From Monocercomonoides exilis PA203 (lineage: Eukaryota > Protista > Preaxostyla), in assembly GCA_001643675.2 (NCBI GenBank), contig LSRY02000015.1, forward strand, positions 620,001 to 684,000: a DNA stretch of 64,000 bases, read 5' to 3'. The notes beneath the pieces were generated by a model. That model was not told where the DNA came from. It worked only from the letters and a program-made list of their open reading frames with translations, and did not search any database. This document shows, piece after piece, positions 20,601 through 29,743 of this stretch. Numbering within the stretch: the first letter of the stretch is position 1; the number at the start of each line of letters is the position of its first letter. The position numbers were made by a program, and so were the translations under genes.

Positions 20601-23600
20601 TCAATCACTTTGAATGGAAATCCATTGATCTCATTGTGTGGAAGCGGAACAAACACAGAGTTGATGAGCACTCAGTGGTTGAATATGACGAACTGCACTT
20701 TTTCAGAAATAGAAAGAGCAGCTAGAAGCGGAGGCTGTGTGAGCATCGATAACAGCAATGATGAAAATACAAACACACAAATAAATATTGAAGAATGTGA
20801 TTTTGATGAATGCTCTGTGCTGGCTGATGGAGGCAGAGGAGGTGCAATCAATGCGCAGTTGAAAGGGAATATTCAAATGAATATTGTTTCATGCACATTC
20901 ACTGGATGCACTGCACCAGCTGAAGAAGAAGGGAAAACTGGGTTTGGAGGAGGAACGGCACTGAAGTTGATTGATGATTATTCTTCGTTTGTGATTTCAT
21001 CTCCTGTTTTTGATACAAACAAACCAAATGTTGCGAAATATGGAAAAGATCTGTTTGTTGAGTCATCCAACTTGACAAAGAGCATCACAAACACCTCTCT
21101 TCCATTTGTGTCTGGTCATCTGTCAGATATTTCGTTGGATTCGATGAGAGGCTTTGATGGGAGCGATGCAACAAATGCCGTTCCACTGGTGTATTTCTGG
21201 TTCGCACTTGGCTCAGAGATATTTGTTGGGGGTGAAGGAAGAGACATGGGTGCATGTGGATTCTCAGATTATCCATGCCTGTCAATTGATTATTCATTGA
21301 ATCGATTGCCTGAGGGAAATGAAAGGAATATGAACATAATTGGGAAGGCGATTCTTCAGAAGAGTGTTGAGATTAGTGGGTTTTCAATAATCTCAAACAA
21401 CACAGGAATGTGCTCTTTAGAGTGCCTCTCATCGCTTGAAGGAGCAGAAGGAACTGCAATGAAGATTTCTGGAATTACCAATTTTGAACTGATTATGTTT
21501 GTGATTCCATCATCCTTCACAAGTGGAGTTGATGTTTTGTTGCATATTAGATCAAGCAATGGATTATTGACTCTGAAAGACTGCTTATTCACAAAAAATG
21601 AAGAAAGTGGAGAAGAAATAATAAGCTTTGGGTTGGTCAATGCAGAAGGAGGCACAGTCAAATTGGAATTTGTGAAGATTCAATCACTTAGCTTTTCAAA
21701 GGATGTTATTTCTGTGTTATCTTCAACGATTTTGAACATTAAGAACTTGACAATGAAGAATGTTGAGCTGGAAGGTTCAAGTGGATTGAGGATATCAAAG
21801 AGTTCAGGGAGAGAAAAAAATGAAGAAGAACAAGATGTTGTTATTGAGTGGAGCATATTCGAAGAAATCACCCAGAACACAACCGATGATATTCCCATCA
21901 TCCGAAATAACAATGTTGATAAGCCATTGAAAATGGTGATTCGAAACACAACAATGAAGAAGTGTGGAGGAACAAGGTGTGGAAAGGGAGGAGGGATGTT
22001 TTGTGTGCTGAATGAGGGAGGAAAGTTTGACTGCTCATTTTGCACTATTTCAGAGTGCTTCTGCTCCACCACAGGAAGAGGCGGGTGGCTGTTTCTGGAA
22101 TGCACTTCAACAGTTGAGCAGCCTCTGAAGTTTGTGTTGTCGAATATCACGTTCAGAGACAACTCTGCATTGAGAGGGAGAGATGTGTATGTTCGATGCC
22201 ATTCAATCGAAAATCAGATAGTTGATGAGCAGTTCTTGTTGGATTTCAGAACACCATTTGTGAAGGAGCTCGCGATGTGGGGTGCCATAACAGACTCGTT
22301 TGTTGGGGAAGAAGATCTTCTGCTGAGGGTTGTGAAATATCAGAGTGAGACGATATTTGTCTCCTCTTCAGCAACAGGCAACCACGGAGACAGCAAGCAG
22401 TGTGGAGAACTCAAAATGCCTTGCCATTCATTGGATGTTGGAGTTCAACACATCATTCCTTCATCATATTCTCAGCTGTTGATCTCGGAAGAGACGATCA
22501 TCAATGGGGAATGTGATGTGCATGATGTGATCATCCGCTCACTTGAGTCTCCCTCAACTGCTTTGGTGCATCTGAACCCAACAATTTCTGGCAATGAGGG
22601 CGGTCTTATCACAACCTCTGAGAAAGTCAGGATTGAGAGTGTGAAATTCAACTTTGACCAGTCATTTTCATATTCAGGCAGTTCTCTCATTCATGAAGCA
22701 AGTGGCCAGCTTTCTCTTTCATTTGTTGACTTCTCTTCTGTTGGAGGGTCAAACAACAATCAACTTGTTGTTGTTCTCAACTCGACCTTGCTGAGCATTG
22801 CAAAAGGGATTCTGCATGTTGACAACTGTTCAATATCAATGCTTTCATTCAAGAAGCCATTCTTTCAGTTTTGTGGGGAAGAGATTTCGATGACAAATAT
22901 GAAGCTGGAACAGATTGAATCAACAAGAAATGTTGTTGAGATTGGACAATGTGGAAGTGTTGTGCTGAATGATATTGATGCAGATGGAGTGAAATTGTCA
23001 GAAGGTTGCATCATTTCGATTGGTAGCTCAACTTCAGGAAGTGTCTCGATTGGAAGCTCCTCATTCAAGAACTGCTCGAGGAATTCAGAAGGAGCTTCTA
23101 TTCTTTCCGCTTCCTCATCATCTGCTCAAATTTCTCTTTCAAATTGTTCCTGTTCAAACTGTTATTCTCTGTCAAGCAAAGGAAGCATGATGGAGATGAA
23201 AAATGCGAAGGATATTTTGATGGATTCGTGTCGATTAATTGGAGTTCTTGCAAAAGAGAGCAAGAATGAGAGAAATAATGTATTTGATGAGATATGCACA
23301 TGGAATGGATCACTTGTTCACCTAGAAAACTCCAATACACATACAAAAGAAATAAGGATGGAAAATTCATCGAAAGGAGGAATATCGATAAAAGGAGGAA
23401 AGGCTGTTATTGAGATGGGAATGATGGCAAATAATAATCCTTTCATTGAAAAATATCCTTCTCTTCGAAGAAACATCATCTGTTCTGATTCTTCTTCGCT
23501 GTCTATTTCCAGTTTGAAAGGTGGAGATGGGGTTTTGCCAAATCCATCTCTTTGGTTTTTGAATGATGGATGTCTAATTGAAGGAATTGTTTCTGAAAGA

Positions 23601-25274
23601 GCATCATCATTTTTCATTCCAGTGTTGGAGGGTGTTGAAACAAGGGAAGAAGGAGAAGAAGTGGAGGTTGTGTTCAAAGGGAAGCTGCTTCTCCCTTGCA
23701 AATTGTCATTCATGGTTGTGAAACAGATGGGCGATGAAAAGCAGATCGAAAAGTTTTTGTTTGATGAGAGCGGATATGCTTCAGAGACAGAAGTTGAAGG
23801 GAGACTGCCAAATGAAATGATAACAGAGGCAGGAGAAGAGGCAGAGGTGAGAGTGAGCATTCTGTTTGGCAATGCTGATGCTCCCTCTGCCACTGAGTCT
23901 TTCATTCTGAAGAACAGAAGTGCACCCAAGGCAAATGGAGACGAAAGGATTTCTGAAGGAGGAAAAGAAGGAAAGTCTTATTGGTTGTTAATTGTTATTG
24001 TGTTGGCAATATTATTTTTGATCGTTCTGATTGGATTTATTTTGTTTGTTGTTCGATGGAGGAAGGCAAAGAATGAGAACAAAGATCTGAGAGAGATTGT
24101 GAATGACACAGTGAAAAAGGATCCGAAGCTGATTGAGATGGTGACGATGGAGATGTCACCTGAAGAGCAATGGAGGAGAGCAGAGAGAGAGGCAGAGAAG
24201 AAGAATGAAGAAAGGATGAAGAAGAGAGTGTATGATACGAACATGGAACATTCAGAGTCATCAGAGCATTTGTTGAGTGAGAGTGGCTCCACTGAATACA
24301 TATTGGGAAAAGATTCAGACAAAATTTCTGAATGGGCATTGGAGAAGGTTGAGGAAGAGGAAATTAGAAAACAGACTCCTTCTCCATCCATTTCTTCAAC
24401 ATGTTCAACTGACTCAGAATCATCATTTGTTCGAGGGGAGGATTTGTGCCCAACCACCTCATCAATGTCGAACTTGGTGGATGCAATGGCCTGCTCATCT
24501 CCACATGAGAAATTGATTGTGGATCTGAGGGATTCGCTGTTCATGCTTTTGCATGGGCTGAACAAGACAAAAGAGATGGCAATAGGAACATTGAAAGAAA
24601 GAGAGCAAACAGCTGCACAGATCCTGTTCTGGGTGGCCAATCTCGCTCTCCATTCGTTTGATGAAATGGAAAACCCACTCCAATCTCTTTCCAATCTGAG
24701 CCCTCACATTGTTCTTTTCTCCGAGCACATGGTGATCTGCATTGTTATGCATTCAGACTTATTGTCAGATGATGATTCAGATTCATCCTCCATATCATCA
24801 TCAACTGTTGTGACATCTGCCAGTGATGATGATGACTCCCTTCCCTCATCAGCATTTGAGGATGAAGATAGTTTCAAAAAAGAGTGCCTGAGATGGAAGG
24901 CGCCAGAGCTGCTGATGAACAAGAAGATGGGAGCAACAAAGGAGTCAGTGTCATTCTCGATTGGGATGATGCTGTGGGAGTGTCTGACCCTTCAAATCCC
25001 GTTTGGAGATTATGAGGCAGAGGTGGCAGGGCAGAAGATCGTGAATGGAGAGAGGCCAAGCATGAAGGAAGCAGAAGAGTCGATGCTGTTTCCCATGATT
25101 CTGTCGTGCCTGTCATCAGAGTCTGAAAAGCGGCTGTCTCTTCAAGGTCTGAAGCGCGAGTTCATCCAGCGATTTCCGGAAGGGGCAGTGATGCTCACGA
25201 TGTCAGATGCAGTGATATATATCGAAGACTCAGAGCAAGATGGAAGCTGCCAGATAAGCGCAACAGACAGATGA
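17637..25274 (+). CDS. Intronless single-pass receptor-like protein: Pmp/pectin-lyase-like beta-helix ectodomain, TM helix and degenerate TKL-type kinase C-lobe
   Basis: Hydrophobic N-terminus, GGA(I/L) and FxxN repeats, and four CG-x-PC/AC modules. TM YWLLIVIVLAILFLIVLIGFILFVV followed by RWRK. Kinase remnants LRWKAPEL, FSIGMMLWECLTLQIPF, GERP and KR. Confidence 0.85.
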   Translation: MIMILFILAECLYFTFCGTDSSDAQRNGHLFYHIPAQSESHILEQGSVVRLFCEIHNSSVELKEIMLEKEYDNMTFDIGAKSFLLLDDCLLMRKRGFDGYFVFNEGTCEMTNTTLNIEKGNNICELMKSLVMMEGEDASLLVRNSEWKNIVFCGSGSILRNGEGSFEGIKNCAFSNITMKFMETDEMLIGKVTMMKMSSMEDCQVERSMNVLEGGIVSGTEGSAIFSSNNCTFLHNERVDWRVGNTERNSTTETQTYKNAEWNECSAPCGGALYVHGNSNATLTVENSSFVKCNATSTRGGGIFALNIAECTVKHSTFIECYCVASSYFGGAGAEIDGIAKQVFVENCFFKDGWSRDDGGGLGIWSSKATKTKDCVLDCSFMNCSGHHPSSTDGGAFINWNPVDKFVTKNCLFQDCRSNYHGGGVAMRVLSFGGSLLWFCFFHNNTAPYGNDIYISDNSTDSQLVWCYSTRTEGVRYYAGGDKSDWLPNEGGKCRFVASTQNQTNAKDTFSCGLNESCACLTISHCLSQMIVGFVEEIKVLSGTVVEGKGVDIGEKTISVNGVSPSGSAVETKFEANGLNLFCVGAGELSASDLSVIHNSSIENNRRSRLFEVQGAGGINLERMNISMDATHSEERSIQNSLVKMEGGSLKMKDVRWSQTFSTTSVISFSQGSSVSLSLDNSTFSNIARTTAGSSLMIVGEGSHSITLEGCTIDGCGSEYSEFGGWMMVEMGNVGSLTMNGGVVKNCYASTTQGRGGGIGLKVRDINANFQISSAFEGNRAKWGSDIFVDSINLESTAKSRKIASLTASLETINKIRGFHNGDETIPIPLCAYLIPLPEEIFVSNIDAFNHSLCGFPEFPCLTLSHSLTRQEEEKKIVVSGMIMMSDELVFSEQKHEIRGNDELSGWTVSDASSPLNSAMITANVETIFSKLIFSLPSLSSHSTFISSSSQLTLSHCSLSLQDHSSELALLFLSFESGTLAIDSFSASSITLNGNPLISLCGSGTNTELMSTQWLNMTNCTFSEIERAARSGGCVSIDNSNDENTNTQINIEECDFDECSVLADGGRGGAINAQLKGNIQMNIVSCTFTGCTAPAEEEGKTGFGGGTALKLIDDYSSFVISSPVFDTNKPNVAKYGKDLFVESSNLTKSITNTSLPFVSGHLSDISLDSMRGFDGSDATNAVPLVYFWFALGSEIFVGGEGRDMGACGFSDYPCLSIDYSLNRLPEGNERNMNIIGKAILQKSVEISGFSIISNNTGMCSLECLSSLEGAEGTAMKISGITNFELIMFVIPSSFTSGVDVLLHIRSSNGLLTLKDCLFTKNEESGEEIISFGLVNAEGGTVKLEFVKIQSLSFSKDVISVLSSTILNIKNLTMKNVELEGSSGLRISKSSGREKNEEEQDVVIEWSIFEEITQNTTDDIPIIRNNNVDKPLKMVIRNTTMKKCGGTRCGKGGGMFCVLNEGGKFDCSFCTISECFCSTTGRGGWLFLECTSTVEQPLKFVLSNITFRDNSALRGRDVYVRCHSIENQIVDEQFLLDFRTPFVKELAMWGAITDSFVGEEDLLLRVVKYQSETIFVSSSATGNHGDSKQCGELKMPCHSLDVGVQHIIPSSYSQLLISEETIINGECDVHDVIIRSLESPSTALVHLNPTISGNEGGLITTSEKVRIESVKFNFDQSFSYSGSSLIHEASGQLSLSFVDFSSVGGSNNNQLVVVLNSTLLSIAKGILHVDNCSISMLSFKKPFFQFCGEEISMTNMKLEQIESTRNVVEIGQCGSVVLNDIDADGVKLSEGCIISIGSSTSGSVSIGSSSFKNCSRNSEGASILSASSSSAQISLSNCSCSNCYSLSSKGSMMEMKNAKDILMDSCRLIGVLAKESKNERNNVFDEICTWNGSLVHLENSNTHTKEIRMENSSKGGISIKGGKAVIEMGMMANNNPFIEKYPSLRRNIICSDSSSLSISSLKGGDGVLPNPSLWFLNDGCLIEGIVSERASSFFIPVLEGVETREEGEEVEVVFKGKLLLPCKLSFMVVKQMGDEKQIEKFLFDESGYASETEVEGRLPNEMITEAGEEAEVRVSILFGNADAPSATESFILKNRSAPKANGDERISEGGKEGKSYWLLIVIVLAILFLIVLIGFILFVVRWRKAKNENKDLREIVNDTVKKDPKLIEMVTMEMSPEEQWRRAEREAEKKNEERMKKRVYDTNMEHSESSEHLLSESGSTEYILGKDSDKISEWALEKVEEEEIRKQTPSPSISSTCSTDSESSFVRGEDLCPTTSSMSNLVDAMACSSPHEKLIVDLRDSLFMLLHGLNKTKEMAIGTLKEREQTAAQILFWVANLALHSFDEMENPLQSLSNLSPHIVLFSEHMVICIVMHSDLLSDDDSDSSSISSSTVVTSASDDDDSLPSSAFEDEDSFKKECLRWKAPELLMNKKMGATKESVSFSIGMMLWECLTLQIPFGDYEAEVAGQKIVNGERPSMKEAEESMLFPMILSCLSSESEKRLSLQGLKREFIQRFPEGAVMLTMSDAVIYIEDSEQDGSCQISATDR

Positions 25275-25866
25275 GCGAAAACAAGGGGAAAAAGAGGAAG
25301 AAATCAGCTCAAACAAAGAATCCATCAGATGATAATCAGTCAAACAATTCGAAAAGCACTCAATTGAGCTGAGAAGGAAATGGAAAAAGGAAATGAAGAC
25401 TTTTTGAAATCCTTATTCTTTGAAAGATTTTTGTATCTCCCTGTTTTGTGTTTTTATTTGTGAAATCAGCAGCATCTTCCGCTGCTGTGCATTCACTTTT
25501 GTTTGCATTTGTATTTGCATTTATTCTGTTTGTCAATTTTTTTCTGTTTGTAATTCATGTGAAATTGTTTCATTTGAAAGAATCAGATTTTTTGTGTGAT
25601 ATCAAGCTTTTTGTTCATTATCCAACAACTTTCATAATTTTTATCATCTGTTTTTTGTTTATTCACATCATTCACCAGTTTGTTTTGAATTTCTTTGTGA
25701 ATCTTATTTTTGAAAAGCCTGTTGAAATTTATTAATCAGTCATTTTTCTTGCTCTGCCTTTTTTCATTCCACAGTTGTGTTATTTTCAGAATTGATGTAC
25801 TTCACAAACATATATATTCATCATTTTTTATATATTTGTATTTCAAGTATTTGTTTTAATGAATTT

Positions 25867-25871
<5 letters not shown>

Positions 25872-25930
<59 letters not shown>
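25872..25930. repeat. Poly-T tract (~59 nt)
   Basis: Directly visible. Confidence 0.95.
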
Positions 25931-26229
25931 CGCCAAATGCAATGCCTTTTCTATCCAACAAGAAAATAAAACAAAACTTCTTGATTTATTTTAGCTTTTT
26001 TGAGAAAAAAAAATCAAATAAAAAAAATTCTCTGTTTGATCCAATGATATCGTCATCTTCAAAATTAGCAGATTTGTGTCTATTTTGTCTTTTCAACACA
26101 TATAACAACAATAAATAAATTCTTTTTATATTTCGGAAATTCATTTCAAAAAATTAAATATTCCCAAAATATTTTTATTATTTTTCATTTTTTTGTGTTC
26201 TGACCAAAGTTGATCTCATGGCGCGTGAT

Positions 26230-27280
26230 GTCTAGCTCATCAAAAAAGATGAAATATCAGAGCTCGATCGTTTGTTAAATAATGATGATAAGGCATGGGA
26301 TTGGTTCATTAATAATATCATCAGTGATCGCATTCCGATGTGCAGCAAGCATAGAGTCTTCAAACATACACACAAAAATGGAAAATACAGATATTTTGCC
26401 TGTTCGACGTGCAAGACAAAAACTAGTGTGCTTTGCGATACGAAATTCAGCAAAACAAAAATTGAATTGGGTCTCACTCTTCTAATTTGCATGTTTTATT
26501 GACTGAAAATTCCTCATTAAACAATTGCAACATTACTATTAATCAATAAAGACATAGAGAGCTATAGGGGAATTGTTATCAGGAATTCAGACACTGATAT
26601 GTGGAATTATATGCAGGTGTCTATTGTAGGAGAAGGAAAAATTGAGGAAATTGATTAAGCAATACAAAGGAAAAGAAAATCTCATCGTGGAAGAAATAAG
26701 AAACAAACTTGGATGTGGAAAGGTGTGGAGAGGAAAGAGGATGGAGAAGCAACAGGAAGATTCACTTTTTTGTAACCAAAATTAAAAAAAATGGAAACAT
26801 TCATTCTTTTTCTACAGAAGAACATAAGGGAAAGAACAAAAATTTTGTTGGATGAGTGGAGAGCGTGAGACATTTTGGAATCTCTGGGAAACAAGTATTT
26901 AAATGTTAACCACAAAAGGCAATTCTTTATAAAGAATTCACGGGCATATACCGATACAATTGATGGGTTGTGGGATCATTTGCGTTATTCTTTTCCATCT
27001 ATTGGAACTCTCATTCAATTGATGTTTTATTATCTATTTCTTTATTTAGTAGATTCTTCATTAAACATCACTTTTTCTTATCTCGTTAAGCATATTTGCG
27101 TGGAAAATTATGATAATGATGAAAAAGAAAAAGAGGAAAATTTTATTGAAGAAGATGAATCTAAAGAAATTGCTGATACTGACGATGTTTTGTGAGTGAA
27201 AGTTGAAGAAGAGAAAACTGAATCTGAAAGAAACAATGGAGAAGGAGATGGTGAAAGTGCATCTGATTATGAATCCTAAA
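26230..27280 (+). pseudogene. Second decayed Merlin/ISXO2 DDE transposase with an N-terminal Zn-ribbon
   Basis: CSKH...CSTC, then EEID*AIQRKRKSHRGRNKKQTWMWKGVER (26644), LLDEWRA* (~26845), NVNHKRQF, TDTIDGLW and an acidic tail ending GEGDGESASDYES*. Confidence 0.82.
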
Positions 27281-27342
27281 AATGACTATTGATGATTATT
27301 TCACATCATTTTAATTTTTCATCCAACTTTTTTCATTAAAAT

Positions 27343-27597
27343 GGGTGATTATTTTTGAAGTCATGACTTTTTTCGGGGTGTTCATTTTTAAAAGGTTGTT
27401 TATCATTGGGAAGTGATTTTGCATTCAAATGCTAAATTCAACACATTTGTTTCAAAAACAAATATTTTTGCTCAAATACAGATGTTGAAGCTTCTCAAAG
27501 TCCATTTCACTTTTCAGTGTTCATTGTTAAACATTCAAAAGAAAATTTCTAACCGAAAATTTTTAAAGAATAAATATGACTTCAAAAATTATCACCC
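27343..27597. mobile_element. 255-bp MITE-like element with 22-bp TIRs
   Basis: GGGTGATTATTTTTGAAGTCAT (27343-27364) versus the reverse complement of 27576-27597, GGGTGATAATTTTTGAAGTCAT (1 mismatch). No clean TSD. Confidence 0.7.
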
Positions 27598-28256
27598 TAT
27601 TTAAAAAAATTTTTTTGTGGTTTTTGGATCACAATAATTTTTCATAGTTTTATTTCAAAAGCCATCTTCTTCCGACATGCGACTACAACATAACATAAAT
27701 GTTCAACACATTTTTGAATTAAAGACAAAATATCATTAAAATCTGAGGATGACAATATTTTCGGATTAAACAATAATTATATTTTTTGAAATAATTAATT
27801 AACTCAATTTAAATACATAAATTCGTTCATATTCATTTTCTCTGTTAATTGTGGATAGGATCATACACATTAACAATTCAAAAGGTAATGAATATAAATG
27901 TGATTGAAAAATGCAAATCTGATCACAAACCATTTCTTAAATCTTTTTATCATTAACCGTTTTATCTCCATTTGATGAGCTGCGCAGGGTATTATTCAAT
28001 TGTTAATCGATATTTCATTAATAAATATCATTTTTATATTTTTATTTTTATGCCATTAAAATGTTATAGCTATTGTGACGAAGCAGAAGATTGCGGCGGT
28101 TATCAACCGACTTATGGCTTTACTTCTGGATATGACACTTTTAAATCAAGTTTGAATTAATTATAGTTATTCACAGTTCGGAATGAGCGTTTCTTTTTCG
28201 GTTGTTATATTTTATTAACAATGATTTTCCATAAAATTAAAGCCACTCAACCTTCG

Positions 28257-29719
28257 ATGACAGGAGATGGCCAAATGAGAGAAATGGGAGAAACACGAAA
28301 ATCACGTCAAACGCGTTATCAAGAACGTTTGTAGAGCATTTTCAAAATTTGTTTCATTTGGCAGAAAATAATATTTTTCTGAATTTTTGATTGGATTTAT
28401 AAATATTTTCGATTAATAATACTGCTTATTCTTTTAGTTGCGAATATGTCAACTCGTTCATTTCAGGAACATATGCAAAATCCAACATCACCACCCCGAC
28501 CTGAAAAGTTTCGATTAACAGACACCTTTTATGAGAAGCCAAAACCTCCTTCCCCACAAAAACCCACAGAGCAGCAGCGATTTTTCCAGAGATCGCTTCA
28601 ATATGCAGATTTGTTCCCATTGCACAAGCAACGATTGATGGGAACACTTCCAAAGAAATCTGACAAACACATTGAAGAAGCACCTTTTGGAGACTCGCCC
28701 TCCCGAACAGGCATCATTCCAAACTTTCGTGTTCGTGGACTTTCACCTCCAAAGAGGACGCATGATCCAAAATCATTTTATGAAGGAAGAGTTATGGCTA
28801 ATACTGTTGAGCGTGCATATCCTGATACCATTTTTATCACTCCAGACATGGAGGCACCACCTCAAGTGAGATCAATGGGAAGGGGAATGGGGTTCGCTTT
28901 TGCTTTGTTGCTTAAAAATTGAATCATTTTAATTTATATTCGTTCTTAATCTTATTATTTCTTTGTTCAAAAAATTGAAAAAAAAATTGATTCTAAAGTT
29001 ACACAATGTCAATGGCTGGAACAGGATCGCCATCTGGCACAAAGAGCCGCTCATTTGGAGGATCAACGATGATGGGCTCAACACTCAGCGATGGGCGTTC
29101 ACAGCTTGACGAGCGAGACATTCTGTACAAACACAAAAGACAGTATGCATCTGATTTCCCACCATTGGCTGATCGCCATCATCCAGAATGGGATGCCAAA
29201 GAGAGAAGAATGATCAAAGAGACAGAAGCAGCTGTGATGCGAAAGAAAGCTGAAGGAGAAGACGAGGACGAGGCCAAGAACGATCCTGAATGCAGATTCA
29301 AGCCGCGCTCCCTGCAGCAGCCAGTGCCTGTGCACCCTGAATATGCCTCAGGCAAGTCTGTGTCATCAACATATGCGATGTGTGGTCAAGTGAGTTATCT
29401 GCCACCAGACACCACAAAGCGCATTAGGACAGCACAGAGCTTGAACAGAAAGCGTGCAGAAGGGCTGGATGATGAGACAACTAGTCCTGCGACTGCTGGA
29501 AGCACAAGGAGAAAGACAAAGACGTCACCTTATGCTGTTACCACGTGGTCTTCGTTTGCTGCTGCTGCTGCGCCGGCCGTTGAGCCTGGCGATAAGCTGA
29601 AGTCGAGGTCGTTCGGATCACCGAGCGCTGGAAAAGCCGAAGGCGGCTCGCCTTATGCTCCTCCCAAGAAGAGCGAGAGGCCGCCGCTTAGAATTGCTAT
29701 TCATCCGACACGTTATTAA
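28257..29719 (+). CDS. Multi-exon hypothetical protein (exons ~28257-28326, 28439-28891, 28999-29719; further small 5' exons likely)
   Basis: Coding-like GC-richer blocks joined by phase-compatible GT-AG introns. No recognised domain. Confidence 0.6.
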
Positions 29720-29743
29720 GTGCGTGGGAGAATTGCAAATGGC

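Noticed and set aside
17756-25116. Antisense ORFs of up to 276 aa within the receptor gene
   Set aside because: Codon-bias shadows with no independent coding signal.
25448-26118. Hydrophobic short ORFs (and their counterparts at 61851-62439)
   Set aside because: Translations of the T-rich 3' flank and poly-T tracts.
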